From positions 26,071 to 90,070 of the forward strand of contig JAFIFU010000005.1 in NCBI GenBank assembly GCA_020831885.1: 64,000 nucleotides of DNA, given 5' to 3'. The notes under the pieces were generated by a model. The model made no database searches and was not told the origin of the DNA. It saw only the letters and a program-made list of their open reading frames with translations. Each line of letters starts with the position of its first letter. Position 1 is the stretch's first letter. The position numbers and the translations under genes were made by a program. Of the stretch, positions 48,374 to 58,038 are shown one piece after another. This DNA is from Ectothiorhodospiraceae bacterium (GTDB taxonomy: Bacteria; Pseudomonadota; Gammaproteobacteria; Nitrococcales; Aquisalimonadaceae).

Positions 48374-50164
48374 ATGACGGAAAAATCCAGCACAGCCCAA
48401 CAGATGGACCACGAACAGATCACACGCACCCTGGCGGAGATCACCGAGAAAAGCCAGCGGCTGGTGAAGGATTTCGTTTCCCGCGAGCAGAGCGCCCATC
48501 ACATCAGCATGGATGACGCCATGCACATGAGCGGGCTGTTCCAGCAACTGGCCACCCGCATCATGGCCAACCCCATGCAGCTTGCCCAGGCGCAGATCAG
48601 TTTCTGGCACGACTATCTGGCCCTGGTCAATCAGGCCACCCTGCGGTTCTGGGGGCATGATCCGGAGCCGGTGAAGGCGCCGCAACCGGGGGACAAACGA
48701 TTCCGGCATCAGGCCTGGGAGGAGAATCCGGTTTTCGATTTCGTCAAGCAGTCCTATCTGCTGGCGGCGGACTACATCCATGCAACGGTGAAGAGTGCGG
48801 AAGGGCTGGACGACAAGACCGCGCGCAAGGTGGACTTCTTCACGCGGCAGTTTGTGGATGCCCTGTCACCCACCAATTTCCTGGCCACCAACCCGGAGGT
48901 GCTGGAGAAGACCCTGGAGACCAAGGGCGCCAATCTGCTCAACGGTCTGAAGAATCTGCTGAAGGATCTGGAGGCCGGGGGTGGCAGGCTGCGTATCGCC
49001 ATGACCGACCACAGTCAGTTCGAGGTGGGCAAGAACCTTGCGGTGAGCCCGGGCAAGGTCATTTACCAGAACGATCTTATCCAGTTGCTGCAGTACGAAC
49101 CCGCCACCGAAAAGGTGTACAAGCGCCCGCTGCTGTTTGTGCCGCCGTGGATCAACAAGTACTACATCCTGGACCTGCAGCAGGAGAACTCGCTGATCAA
49201 GTTCATGGTGGAACAGGGGCATACGGTCTTCGTCATCTCCTGGAAAAACCCCACCGGTGAATACGCCGACAAGACCTTCGAGGATTACATGAAGGAAGGT
49301 CCGCTGGCGGCTCTTGACGCCATCGAGCAGGCCACCGGCGAGCGGGATGTGAACTGCGTGGGTTACTGCCTGGGCGGCACGCTCATGGGCACCACCCTGG
49401 CGTACATGACGGAAAAGGGTGACGATCGCATCAAGAGCATCACCTACTTCACCGCCATGGTGGATTTCACCATGCCGGGGGAACTGGAGAACTTCATCGA
49501 CGACGAGCAGTTGCGCATGCTGGAGAAGCGCATGGAGGGGCAGGGCTATCTGGAAGGGCATGCCATGGCGTCCACCATGAGCGCACTCCGTGCCAACGAT
49601 CTGATCTGGTCCTTCTTTATCAACAATTACCTGAAAGGCGAGGATCCGTTCCCCTTCGATCTGTTGTACTGGAACCAGGACAGCACCAACATGCCGGCGA
49701 AAATGCACAGCTTCTACCTGCGCAACATGTATCAGGAGAACCGCCTCAAGGAACCGGGTGGCATCGTCATCGACGGTGTGCCCATCGACCTCCGCAAGAT
49801 CACCATTCCGGCCTGCTTCGTCTCCGCCATGGAGGACCATATCGCCCCCTGGAAAACGGTTTACCGCGGCGTGCATCTGCATTCCGGGCAGATCAAGTTC
49901 ATTCTCGGCGGCTCTGGTCATATCGCCGGCATCATCAACCCGCCGCACAAGAACAAGTACTGCTACTGGACCAGTACCAAGACGCCGGAGAGCCCGGAGG
50001 AATGGCTTGAGGGTGCCAAGCGTGCGGACGGTTCCTGGTGGCCGGAATGGAACCGCTGGCTGGTCCGCCGTGCCGGTGCCAAGGTGCCGGCGCGCAAGCC
50101 CGGGGACGGCAAACTGAAGCCGCTCATGGACGCGCCGGGTTCCTACGTGCTGGAGAAGGCCTGA
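48374..50164 (+). CDS. phaC: Class I poly(R)-hydroxyalkanoate synthase
   Basis: Lipase-box GYCLGG, PPWINKYYILDL and about 595 aa length. Confidence 0.9.
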   Translation: MTEKSSTAQQMDHEQITRTLAEITEKSQRLVKDFVSREQSAHHISMDDAMHMSGLFQQLATRIMANPMQLAQAQISFWHDYLALVNQATLRFWGHDPEPVKAPQPGDKRFRHQAWEENPVFDFVKQSYLLAADYIHATVKSAEGLDDKTARKVDFFTRQFVDALSPTNFLATNPEVLEKTLETKGANLLNGLKNLLKDLEAGGGRLRIAMTDHSQFEVGKNLAVSPGKVIYQNDLIQLLQYEPATEKVYKRPLLFVPPWINKYYILDLQQENSLIKFMVEQGHTVFVISWKNPTGEYADKTFEDYMKEGPLAALDAIEQATGERDVNCVGYCLGGTLMGTTLAYMTEKGDDRIKSITYFTAMVDFTMPGELENFIDDEQLRMLEKRMEGQGYLEGHAMASTMSALRANDLIWSFFINNYLKGEDPFPFDLLYWNQDSTNMPAKMHSFYLRNMYQENRLKEPGGIVIDGVPIDLRKITIPACFVSAMEDHIAPWKTVYRGVHLHSGQIKFILGGSGHIAGIINPPHKNKYCYWTSTKTPESPEEWLEGAKRADGSWWPEWNRWLVRRAGAKVPARKPGDGKLKPLMDAPGSYVLEKA

Positions 50165-50177
50165 GGCGGGGCGCGCC

Positions 50178-50453
50178 ATGCCCGACCTGGTCTTTCGGCT
50201 GGCTATCCCCAGGGAAGAGGTCATGCGCTATTACGAGGGCCGGGCACAGACGGTTTTCGTCCAGGCCCTGGATGGCCGCACGGTCAGCTTTCCCGCGGTC
50301 GCACTGCGGGAATTCGTGAATCATGCGGGGGTTCACGGCGTGTTCCGCCTCTGCTACGACGCTCAGGGGCGTCTGGAGCGTCTGGAGCGTCTGGAGCGGC
50401 TGCTGTTCCCGGGGCCGGCGGCCCCGGGGAAGCGGCGGCGGGGAACCGGCTAG
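50178..50453 (+). CDS. DUF2835-like small protein
   Basis: F.L.I..EE..RYY.G.A..V.V.....GR.V.FPA..LR.FV...G..G.F pattern. Contains an (RLE)x3 repeat. Confidence 0.6.
   Translation: MPDLVFRLAIPREEVMRYYEGRAQTVFVQALDGRTVSFPAVALREFVNHAGVHGVFRLCYDAQGRLERLERLERLLFPGPAAPGKRRRGTG
50369..50395 (+). repeat. Perfect 9-bp tandem repeat (GCGTCTGGA) x 3, in frame
   Basis: Counted directly. Encodes RLERLERLE. Confidence 0.95.
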
Positions 50454-50466
50454 GCGGCGACTGCGG

Positions 50467-50709
50467 TCAGGCCCGTGTGTCCAGCAGGCGGCCCAGGGTG
50501 GCTTCCAACTCGTCCACGCTGTTGACCACTTTGACCGAGGCCTGGGCCAGGGTCTGCTGCGTGGTGGCCTCCACCATGGCGGCGGCCAGGTCTTCCCGTT
50601 GATCCAGGCCGGCGCTGATGCGAGCCACTGTGGAGGCGCTGCGCTGCATGCCCTCATCGGCGCGCTGGAGCGCGGCAACCGCGGAGCCGAAGGCGCCATT
50701 GATATCCAT
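50467..50709 (-). CDS. Small hypothetical protein (80 aa)
   Basis: GAGGTG lies upstream of the ATG. Ala/Gln-rich and helical. No family recognised. Confidence 0.5.
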   Translation of the reverse strand: MDINGAFGSAVAALQRADEGMQRSASTVARISAGLDQREDLAAAMVEATTQQTLAQASVKVVNSVDELEATLGRLLDTRA

Positions 50710-50784
50710 GTCAGCACCTCATGGAGATCTGGAGAATGTTCCTGCAGTCTAAACCGCAGGCATCCACAGGAAGTGTGAACTCCG

Positions 50785-52707
50785 TCACGGTTTCCCTCCG
50801 GGCGAGTCCCGGGTGACCGATACCGGAGGTCTTGCCGGTGACATCTCCGGCTGTCCCTGCATCCGCAGCACGGTGCTGCGGATGCCCTCGGCGTCCAACC
50901 CGGCCTGATGCAGCAGGGCCTCCCGACTGCCATGGGACAGAAAGCGGTCCGGCAGCCCGATGTGCCGGATCGTGACCCCATGGCCCGTTTCCGCCAGCCA
51001 TTCCGCAACCCCGCTGCCGGCACCGCCCGCCACCACGTTCTCCTCCACGGTTACCAGCAGCCGGTGATCCCGGGCGACCTGCGCCAGCAGGTCCGTATCC
51101 AGCGGTTTCACGAAACGCATGTTAACCACTGTGGCATCCAGGGTCTCAGCCGCCGTCTCCGCCGGTGTCACCATGCTGCCGAAGGCCAACAGGGCGATGT
51201 CACGTCCCTTCCGGCGCAGCTCGGCCCGGCCCAGGGGTACCGGCTCCAGGTCATCCGGGGCGATCCGCCCCGGGCCGGTGCCGCGGGGGTAGCGAACCGC
51301 CGACGGGCCGTCCAGCCGCAGACCGGTGCAGAGCATCCGGTGGCATTCCGCTTCATCCGCCGGGGCCATGATGACCATGTTGGGGATGCAGCGCAGAAAG
51401 CTCAGGTCGAAACTGCCTGCATGGGTGGGGCCGTCCGGACCCACCAGTCCGGCGCGGTCGATGGCGAACAGCACCGGGAGGTTCTGCAGCGCCACATCGT
51501 GGATGAGTTGGTCATAGGCCCGCTGAAGGAAGGTGGAATAAATGGCCACCACCGGGCGCAGACCGTCGCAGGCCATGCCCGCGGCCAGGGTCACCGCGTG
51601 CTGCTCGGCGATGGCCACGTCCACGTACTGTTCCGGGAAGCGTTTCGCGAACTCCACCATGCCGGAACCCTCCCGCATGGCGGGGGTGATGCCCATCACG
51701 CGGGGGTCCTCCGCGGCGGCCCTGCATAACCACCGGCCGAAGATCTGGTTGTAACTCAGCGGTTTCGGCCGCCCGTCCCTGCCCAGTCCCCGGGCCGGGT
51801 CAAAGGGGGTGACGCCGTGATAGGCCACCGGATCGGCTTCCGCGGGTTCGTAGCCTTTGCCCTTGCGGGTGGTCACATGCAGCAGTTTCGGCCCGCTCCG
51901 GTCCCGCAGATTGCGCAGGATCGGTACCAGGGTGTTCAGATCATGTCCGTCCACGGGCCCGAAGTAGTCGAAGTTCAATTCCTCGAACAGGGTGCCCGGG
52001 GAAGCAAGCCCCTTGAGTTGTTCCTCCATGCGCCGGGCGAACACCTCCGCCGGCGGCAGCCGGCGCAACACCCGTTTGCCGCCTTCGCGCAGCCCGGAGT
52101 AGAGCTTGCCGGACAGCAGCCGGGCCAGGTGTCCGGACAGCGCGCCCACGTTGGGAGAGATGGACATCTCGTTGTCATTGAGCACCACCAGCAGATCCGC
52201 GTCCAGGTCCCCCGCATGGTTCAGTGCCTCGAAAGCCATGCCGGCGGTCATGGCGCCGTCGCCGATGACGGCCACGGCATGCCGTTTCCGGCCGCTGCGC
52301 CGGGCGGCCATGGCCATGCCCAGGGCCGCGCTGATGGAGGTGCTGGAATGGCCTACTCCGAACGTGTCGTAGGGGCTCTCATCCCGCTTGGGGAAAGGCG
52401 CCAGACCGCCGTCCTTGCGGATGGTGTGCAGTTCCCGGGCGCGCCCGGTGAGGATTTTGTGGGGGTAGGTCTGGTGCCCCACGTCCCACACCAGACGATC
52501 GTCCGGGGTGTCGAAGACATAGTGCAGGGCGAGGGTGAGTTCCACTGTGCCCAGACCGGCGCCCAGGTGGCCGCCGGCGCCGGCCACTGTCTCCAGCAGA
52601 AACGCCCGCAATTGCCGCGCCAGTTCATCCAGTCGGGTGACCGGCAACCGGCGCAGGTCCGCCGGATTCTCGATAGTGGCGAGTAGCGGATAATCAAGCA
52701 GTGACAT
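50785..52707 (-). CDS. dxs: 1-deoxy-D-xylulose-5-phosphate synthase
   Basis: [34 protein letters not shown] and [18 protein letters not shown] motifs. Confidence 0.95.
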   Translation of the reverse strand: MSLLDYPLLATIENPADLRRLPVTRLDELARQLRAFLLETVAGAGGHLGAGLGTVELTLALHYVFDTPDDRLVWDVGHQTYPHKILTGRARELHTIRKDGGLAPFPKRDESPYDTFGVGHSSTSISAALGMAMAARRSGRKRHAVAVIGDGAMTAGMAFEALNHAGDLDADLLVVLNDNEMSISPNVGALSGHLARLLSGKLYSGLREGGKRVLRRLPPAEVFARRMEEQLKGLASPGTLFEELNFDYFGPVDGHDLNTLVPILRNLRDRSGPKLLHVTTRKGKGYEPAEADPVAYHGVTPFDPARGLGRDGRPKPLSYNQIFGRWLCRAAAEDPRVMGITPAMREGSGMVEFAKRFPEQYVDVAIAEQHAVTLAAGMACDGLRPVVAIYSTFLQRAYDQLIHDVALQNLPVLFAIDRAGLVGPDGPTHAGSFDLSFLRCIPNMVIMAPADEAECHRMLCTGLRLDGPSAVRYPRGTGPGRIAPDDLEPVPLGRAELRRKGRDIALLAFGSMVTPAETAAETLDATVVNMRFVKPLDTDLLAQVARDHRLLVTVEENVVAGGAGSGVAEWLAETGHGVTIRHIGLPDRFLSHGSREALLHQAGLDAEGIRSTVLRMQGQPEMSPARPPVSVTRDSPGGKP

Positions 52708-52819
52708 GGTCACCATCTCCTGTCGACGGGTGGGCCTGGCCGTACCGGCGCCGCCCACCGCCGAGCGGTTTCCTCCCGACCATCGCTGATGCCCCGTTGC
52801 GGGTTGGTATGCGGTCCGG

Positions 52820-53803
52820 CTAACTGAAGCCCGCCACCGGGTGAGGCACGTACGATGCCTCCAGCGAGGCGATCTCCTCCTCCGACAGCCTCAGTGACAG
52901 TGCCGCATGGGCGTCGTCCAGGTGATGCGGCTTGCTGGCACCGATAATCGGGGCCACCACCGGCTGCTGGTGCAGTACCCAGGCCAGCGCCACCTGGGCC
53001 ATGGGGACACCGCGCTTGGCCGCAACATCCTGGACCCGTGCCACCACCGCCTGGTCCGCCTCCTTGGTGCGGGCGTAAAGCGTGCGACCGAAGGCGTCGG
53101 TCTGCTCGCGCTCCGTTGGTTCGCTGTCCCAGGGTCGGGTCAGGTGGCCGCGGGCCAGCGGGCTCCAGGGAATGACGCCGATGCCTTCCTCACGGCACAG
53201 GGGCAGCATTTCCCGCTCCTCCTCGCGATAAAGCAGGTTGAGGTGGTTCTGCATGGAAACGAAGCGGGTCCAGCCATGGCGGTCGGATAAGTGGAGTGCC
53301 TTGCAGAATTGCCAGGCGTACATGGACGAGGCCCCGATGTACCGGACCTTGCCCGCCTTCACCACGTCGTGCAGGGCCTCCAGCGTCTCTTCGATGGGGG
53401 TGCTGTAGTCCCAGCGGTGAATCTGGTAGAGGTCGATGTAATCCGTACCCAGCCGTCGCAGGCTGGCGTCGATCTCGGTCATGATCGCCTTGCGGGAGAG
53501 CCCCCGGCCATTGGGTTCCTCACGCATCACGCCACAGACCTTGGTGGCGATCACCACCTCGTCGCGCCGTGTGTACTCCCGCAGTGCCCGGCCCAGGATT
53601 TCCTCGCTGGATCCGTCGGAATAGACGTTGGCGGTATCGAAGAAGTTGATACCCAGTTCCAGTGCCCGGGCGATGAACGGGCGGCTCTTCTCCTCCCCCA
53701 GGGTCCACGGGTGCGTTCCGCGCCCGGGCTCGCCGTAGGTCATGCACCCAAGACACAGGCGGGAGACTTTCAGGCCGGATCGTCCGAGATTCACGTATTC
53801 CAT
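52820..53803 (-). CDS. Aldo/keto reductase
   Basis: [24 protein letters not shown] and [10 protein letters not shown] motifs. Confidence 0.85.
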   Translation of the reverse strand: MEYVNLGRSGLKVSRLCLGCMTYGEPGRGTHPWTLGEEKSRPFIARALELGINFFDTANVYSDGSSEEILGRALREYTRRDEVVIATKVCGVMREEPNGRGLSRKAIMTEIDASLRRLGTDYIDLYQIHRWDYSTPIEETLEALHDVVKAGKVRYIGASSMYAWQFCKALHLSDRHGWTRFVSMQNHLNLLYREEEREMLPLCREEGIGVIPWSPLARGHLTRPWDSEPTEREQTDAFGRTLYARTKEADQAVVARVQDVAAKRGVPMAQVALAWVLHQQPVVAPIIGASKPHHLDDAHAALSLRLSEEEIASLEASYVPHPVAGFS

Positions 53804-53942
53804 CGGGGCTCCTTCGGCGCGTGCATGTACGGGGCGTTTGATGGAGTCTATTGCAGAGAGCGACCGTTGACGAACCGCTCATGCGAATTCTCCCCTGCCA
53901 AAACCCCGGACAGGTGATAGAATTCAGCCTTTTTTCAGACGG

Positions 53943-54443
53943 TTGAATATCATGAATGATACCCCGCTGGTTGGCGTCATCATGGGCAGCAAGTCCGACT
54001 GGGACACCATGCGCAATGCGGACGAGGTGCTGACGGACTTCGGCGTGCCCCACGAGTGTCGGATTGTCTCCGCGCACCGGACGCCGGACTTGATGTACCG
54101 GTATGCCCGGGAGGCGGAGGAGCGCGGGCTGGAAGTGATCATCGCCGGTGCAGGCGGTGCCGCCCATCTGCCCGGCATGGTGGCGGCGATCACAACGCTG
54201 CCGGTGCTGGGTGTCCCGGTGGAGAGCCGCACGATGAAGGGGATCGATTCCTTGTACTCCATCGTTCAGATGCCCGGCGGCGTGCCGGTGGGCACCCTGG
54301 CGATTGGCGCGGCCGGTGCCCGCAACGCCGGACTGCTGGCGGTGTCCATCCTTGCCAACAACGGCCGTCCGGAGCTCCGTGGCCGCCTCAAGGCCTTTCG
54401 CGAGGCCCAGGCCCAGAAAGTGATGGGGGACACCTTGCCGTGA
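53943..54443 (+). CDS. purE: N5-carboxyaminoimidazole ribonucleotide mutase
   Basis: [17 protein letters not shown] and [14 protein letters not shown] motifs. Confidence 0.9.
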   Translation: MNIMNDTPLVGVIMGSKSDWDTMRNADEVLTDFGVPHECRIVSAHRTPDLMYRYAREAEERGLEVIIAGAGGAAHLPGMVAAITTLPVLGVPVESRTMKGIDSLYSIVQMPGGVPVGTLAIGAAGARNAGLLAVSILANNGRPELRGRLKAFREAQAQKVMGDTLP

Positions 54444-55579
54444 ACAGGCCTATTCTCCCCGGAGCCACCATCGGCGTGCTGGGCAGTGGCCAACTGGGCC
54501 GCATGTTTGCCGTGGCCGCGCGCCGCATGGGGTATCGGGTGCACACCTACTCTCCGGCGGAGGATACCCCCACCGGTCATCTCGCCGACCGCGAGGTGGT
54601 GGCGGCCTACGACGACCTGAATGCCGTGGCGGACTTCGCCCGTCGTGTGGACGTGGTCACCTTCGAGTTCGAGAACGTGCTCTCCGCCACCACGGAATGC
54701 GCTGCCCGTTATGCTCCGGTCCGCCCCGGCGGGGAGGTGCTGCACATCTGCCAGCACCGCCGGCGGGAGAAGAACTACCTCCATGACCGGGGGTTTCCTG
54801 TCACCCCGTTCCGCAATGTGGACAACCTGGAGCAACTCAGGCGGGCGGCCGGGGAGCTGGGCTACCCGGCCGTGCTGAAGACGGCCGGTTTCGGCTATGA
54901 CGGCAAGGGTCAGGTGGTGGTGCGCAGTGCCGATGAGCTGGAGGCGGCCTGGCAGGCCATCGGCCAGGTGGAGGCGGTGCTGGAGGCCTTCGTCGATTTC
55001 CAACGGGAGGTCTCGGTGGTGGCGGCCCGCGGGCTGGACGGCAGCTTCTGTCACTGGGGCGTGGTGGAGAACGAGCACCGGAATCATATTCTCGACGTGT
55101 CCACACCGGAGGCCCGGGTTTCCGAGGCGGTGCGGAAGCAGGCCATCCAGGTGGCGCGGGGTATCCTGGAGGCGCTGGACGTGGTGGGCGTACTCTGTGT
55201 CGAGTACTTCGTCGCCCCGGGGGATCGGCTGATGGTGAACGAGCTGGCGCCCAGGCCCCACAACTCCGGGCATTTCACCTTCGACGCCAGCCTGACCAGC
55301 CAGTTCGAGCAGCAGGTCCGCGCGGTCTGCGGCCTGCCTCTGGGAGGAACCGAGCTGCTCCGTCCGGCATCCATGGTCAACCTGCTGGGGGATCTCTGGG
55401 GGGCGGGCGAACCGGACTGGGCGGCGGCGCTGTCCGATCCTGCCGTGAAACTGCATCTGTACGGCAAGGCCCAGGCCCTGCCCGGACGCAAGATGGGACA
55501 CCTGGTGGCCTTCGGGAACGATCGTGACGATGCCCGCCGCCGGGCCATCGCCGCCCGCAACGCCCTGATCAAGCGGTAG
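54440..55579 (+). CDS. purK: N5-carboxyaminoimidazole ribonucleotide synthase
   Basis: GTG start overlaps the purE stop (GTGA). Has [12 protein letters not shown] and an ATP-grasp body. Confidence 0.9.
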   Translation: MNRPILPGATIGVLGSGQLGRMFAVAARRMGYRVHTYSPAEDTPTGHLADREVVAAYDDLNAVADFARRVDVVTFEFENVLSATTECAARYAPVRPGGEVLHICQHRRREKNYLHDRGFPVTPFRNVDNLEQLRRAAGELGYPAVLKTAGFGYDGKGQVVVRSADELEAAWQAIGQVEAVLEAFVDFQREVSVVAARGLDGSFCHWGVVENEHRNHILDVSTPEARVSEAVRKQAIQVARGILEALDVVGVLCVEYFVAPGDRLMVNELAPRPHNSGHFTFDASLTSQFEQQVRAVCGLPLGGTELLRPASMVNLLGDLWGAGEPDWAAALSDPAVKLHLYGKAQALPGRKMGHLVAFGNDRDDARRRAIAARNALIKR

Positions 55580-55748
55580 TTGATCCTGCTCTGGTGGTTT
55601 CGATCCGGCCGGCGTGTGATGGTGCATGGAGCCGGAGACGATATCCACCACCGTCACGCGCCGCAGTCAGAACAACGCGCAGGATGGATGTCGCCTCAGG
55701 CCGCATCCATCATCGGAAAAACTCATTCGTTCAAGGAATCCCGACCCC

Positions 55749-56666
55749 ATGTGGTTCAAGAACCTCTGCTTTTACAAGCTGGAATCCGAATTCCCGTTCG
55801 ACGCCGAGAATCTGGAGCAACGCCTGGAGCGCCATGTGTTCCAGCCCTGCGGTAAATTGGATCTGGACTCCGGCGGCTGGACCGCCCCCATCGGTGACGG
55901 CCACGAGAGCCTGGTGCACGCGGCCAACGGCTATCTGATGGTCTGCCTCAAAGAGGAGAGCAAGATCCTTCCCGCCGCCGTGATCAAGGAGGCGCTGACC
56001 GAGCGGGTGCAACTGATCGAGGAACAGGAGATGCGCAAGGTGCGCAAGCGGGAGAAGGACCGTCTCAAGGATGAGGTGCTGCTGGACATGCTGCCTCGGG
56101 CCTTCAGTCGCAGCCGCCGCACCTATGCCTACATCGACCCCCACGACGGTTGGCTGGTGGTGGATGCGCCCGGTTGGAAGAAGGCCGAGGAGCTCACCGA
56201 GCGTCTGCGCGACGCCCTGGGCAGCCTTCCCATCGTGCCGCCGCAGCTTGATACCGCGCCGCAGGCCGTGATGACCCGCTGGCTGGCCACTGACCAGGTG
56301 CCTCCGGACTTCAGCATCGGCGATGAGTGCGTGCTCACCGATCCGCAGTTGGAGGGTGCCGAGGTGCGCTGCAAGCGTCTGGACCTGAGTTCCAACGAGG
56401 TGAAGGCCCACTTGAAGGCCGGCAAACTGGTCAGCCGCCTGGCGCTGGACTGGCAGGAACGGATGCGTTTCGTGCTGGATGCGGATATGAGCGTGAAGCG
56501 GCTGAAGTTCAGTGACGTTGTTCAGGATGACAGCGGTGATATGGAGGCGGAAACGGAAGCGGAACGCTTCGACAGCGATTTTTCCATCATGACCCTGGAA
56601 CTGGCCCGTCTGATTCCGCGGCTGATGGCGGTGATCGACGGCAAGGCGGTGGCCGATTCCGCGTGA
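55749..56666 (+). CDS. rdgC: Recombination-associated protein RdgC
   Basis: MWFKNLCFYKL N-terminus and about 305 aa length. Confidence 0.85.
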   Translation: MWFKNLCFYKLESEFPFDAENLEQRLERHVFQPCGKLDLDSGGWTAPIGDGHESLVHAANGYLMVCLKEESKILPAAVIKEALTERVQLIEEQEMRKVRKREKDRLKDEVLLDMLPRAFSRSRRTYAYIDPHDGWLVVDAPGWKKAEELTERLRDALGSLPIVPPQLDTAPQAVMTRWLATDQVPPDFSIGDECVLTDPQLEGAEVRCKRLDLSSNEVKAHLKAGKLVSRLALDWQERMRFVLDADMSVKRLKFSDVVQDDSGDMEAETEAERFDSDFSIMTLELARLIPRLMAVIDGKAVADSA

Positions 56667-56723
56667 TGGGGCTCCGCTGCTTCCCGGCGGAACCCGTTGC
56701 ACAGGGAAGACTCTAACCGAAGG

Positions 56724-57353
56724 TCAGAGCAGCGGCTCCAGAACGCTCCAGACGTTGTCGAGAATCCGGGGCTGCGCCTCCGGCGTGGGGTGGATACCGT
56801 CGGACTGGATCAGCTCCTGGCGTTCATCCACCTGGTCGAGGATGCGGGGCAGCAGCGCCGCTCCGGTGGCCTCGGCGGCATCCACGAAGCTCTGCTCGAA
56901 GCGACGGGAGAAGGCGGGCCCGTAATTGGGGGGAATGCGCACACCGGCCACAACCACGCTGGCGCCGGCATTCTGGGCCAGCCTGGCCATGCGTTCGATG
57001 TTTTCCCGGGTTTCCGCCGGGTTCACGCCGCGTAGTCCATCGTTGCCCCCCAACTGGATGATGACCAGTGCTGGCCGGTGCTGGTCCAGAACGGCGGGCA
57101 GGCGGCTGAGGCCGCCGCGGGTGGTGTCCCCGCTGATGGCGGCGTTCACCACACGCCAGTCATGTCCCTGGTCCTGCAGGCGTTCCCGCAGCAGATGGAC
57201 CCAGCCGTCCTCCCGGGGCATGTTGTAGGCCGCGGAGAGGCTGTCGCCCAGCACCACCAGGGTGCGCTGCTCCGCCTGGGCGGCGCCGGCCGCCAGCAAC
57301 AGGGCCAGGCCCAGTGCCAGGGAACGACGATTGACGATGACGAGGAAAGCCAT
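56724..57353 (-). CDS. tesA: SGNH arylesterase / thioesterase I (TesA-like)
   Basis: Signal peptide, then GDSLSA, GGND and the C-terminal DGIHP block. Start is uncertain, either 57353 or 57401. Confidence 0.8.
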   Translation of the reverse strand: MAFLVIVNRRSLALGLALLLAAGAAQAEQRTLVVLGDSLSAAYNMPREDGWVHLLRERLQDQGHDWRVVNAAISGDTTRGGLSRLPAVLDQHRPALVIIQLGGNDGLRGVNPAETRENIERMARLAQNAGASVVVAGVRIPPNYGPAFSRRFEQSFVDAAEATGAALLPRILDQVDERQELIQSDGIHPTPEAQPRILDNVWSVLEPLL

Positions 57354-58038
57354 GACGGCGGCAAACGGCAGCAGTGTACTGTGCGCGGAAGATCTGGGCA
57401 TGATGTTTCGCGGTCCCGATGGTGACATACGCCTGTTCCGGGATCTTAACCTCGAGATCCGGGGCGGGGAAACGGTGGCCATCCTGGGCGCGTCCGGCTC
57501 GGGCAAGTCCACATTGCTGGGACTGCTGGCCGGCCTGGACGTTCCCAGCGAAGGGCGAGTGCTCCTGGTCGGAACGGACTTGACCGCACTGGATGAGGAC
57601 CGGCGCGCCATGCTCCGGGGCCGGGAACTGGGTTTCGTGTTCCAGGCGTTTCATCTGCTGTCCGGCTTCACCGCCCTGGAGAACGTGATGCTACCCCTGG
57701 AGCTGGCCGGTGAGCGCCAGGCCGAGTCCCGGGCCCGCGCCGCCCTGGACCAGGTGGGCCTGAGCCAGCGCACCGGGCATTATCCGCAACAGCTCTCCGG
57801 TGGTGAGCAGCAGCGGGTGGCCATTGCCCGTGCCTTCGTCACCCGGCCCCGGGTCCTGCTGGCGGACGAGCCCACCGGAAACCTGGATCGCAATACCGGC
57901 CATCGCGTGCAGGATCTGCTGTTCCAACTCAACGCCTTGCATGGCACCACCCTGGTGCTGGTCACTCATGACCCGGAACTCGCACGCCGCTGTCAACGGG
58001 TGCTGAACCTGGAAAACGGTCACCTGGTGGCGGCATGA
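57352..58038 (+). CDS. ybbA: ABC transporter ATP-binding protein (YbbA/LolD-like)
   Basis: [25 protein letters not shown] and [11 protein letters not shown] motifs. GAGGAAAG lies upstream of the ATG. Confidence 0.85.
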   Translation: MTAANGSSVLCAEDLGMMFRGPDGDIRLFRDLNLEIRGGETVAILGASGSGKSTLLGLLAGLDVPSEGRVLLVGTDLTALDEDRRAMLRGRELGFVFQAFHLLSGFTALENVMLPLELAGERQAESRARAALDQVGLSQRTGHYPQQLSGGEQQRVAIARAFVTRPRVLLADEPTGNLDRNTGHRVQDLLFQLNALHGTTLVLVTHDPELARRCQRVLNLENGHLVAA

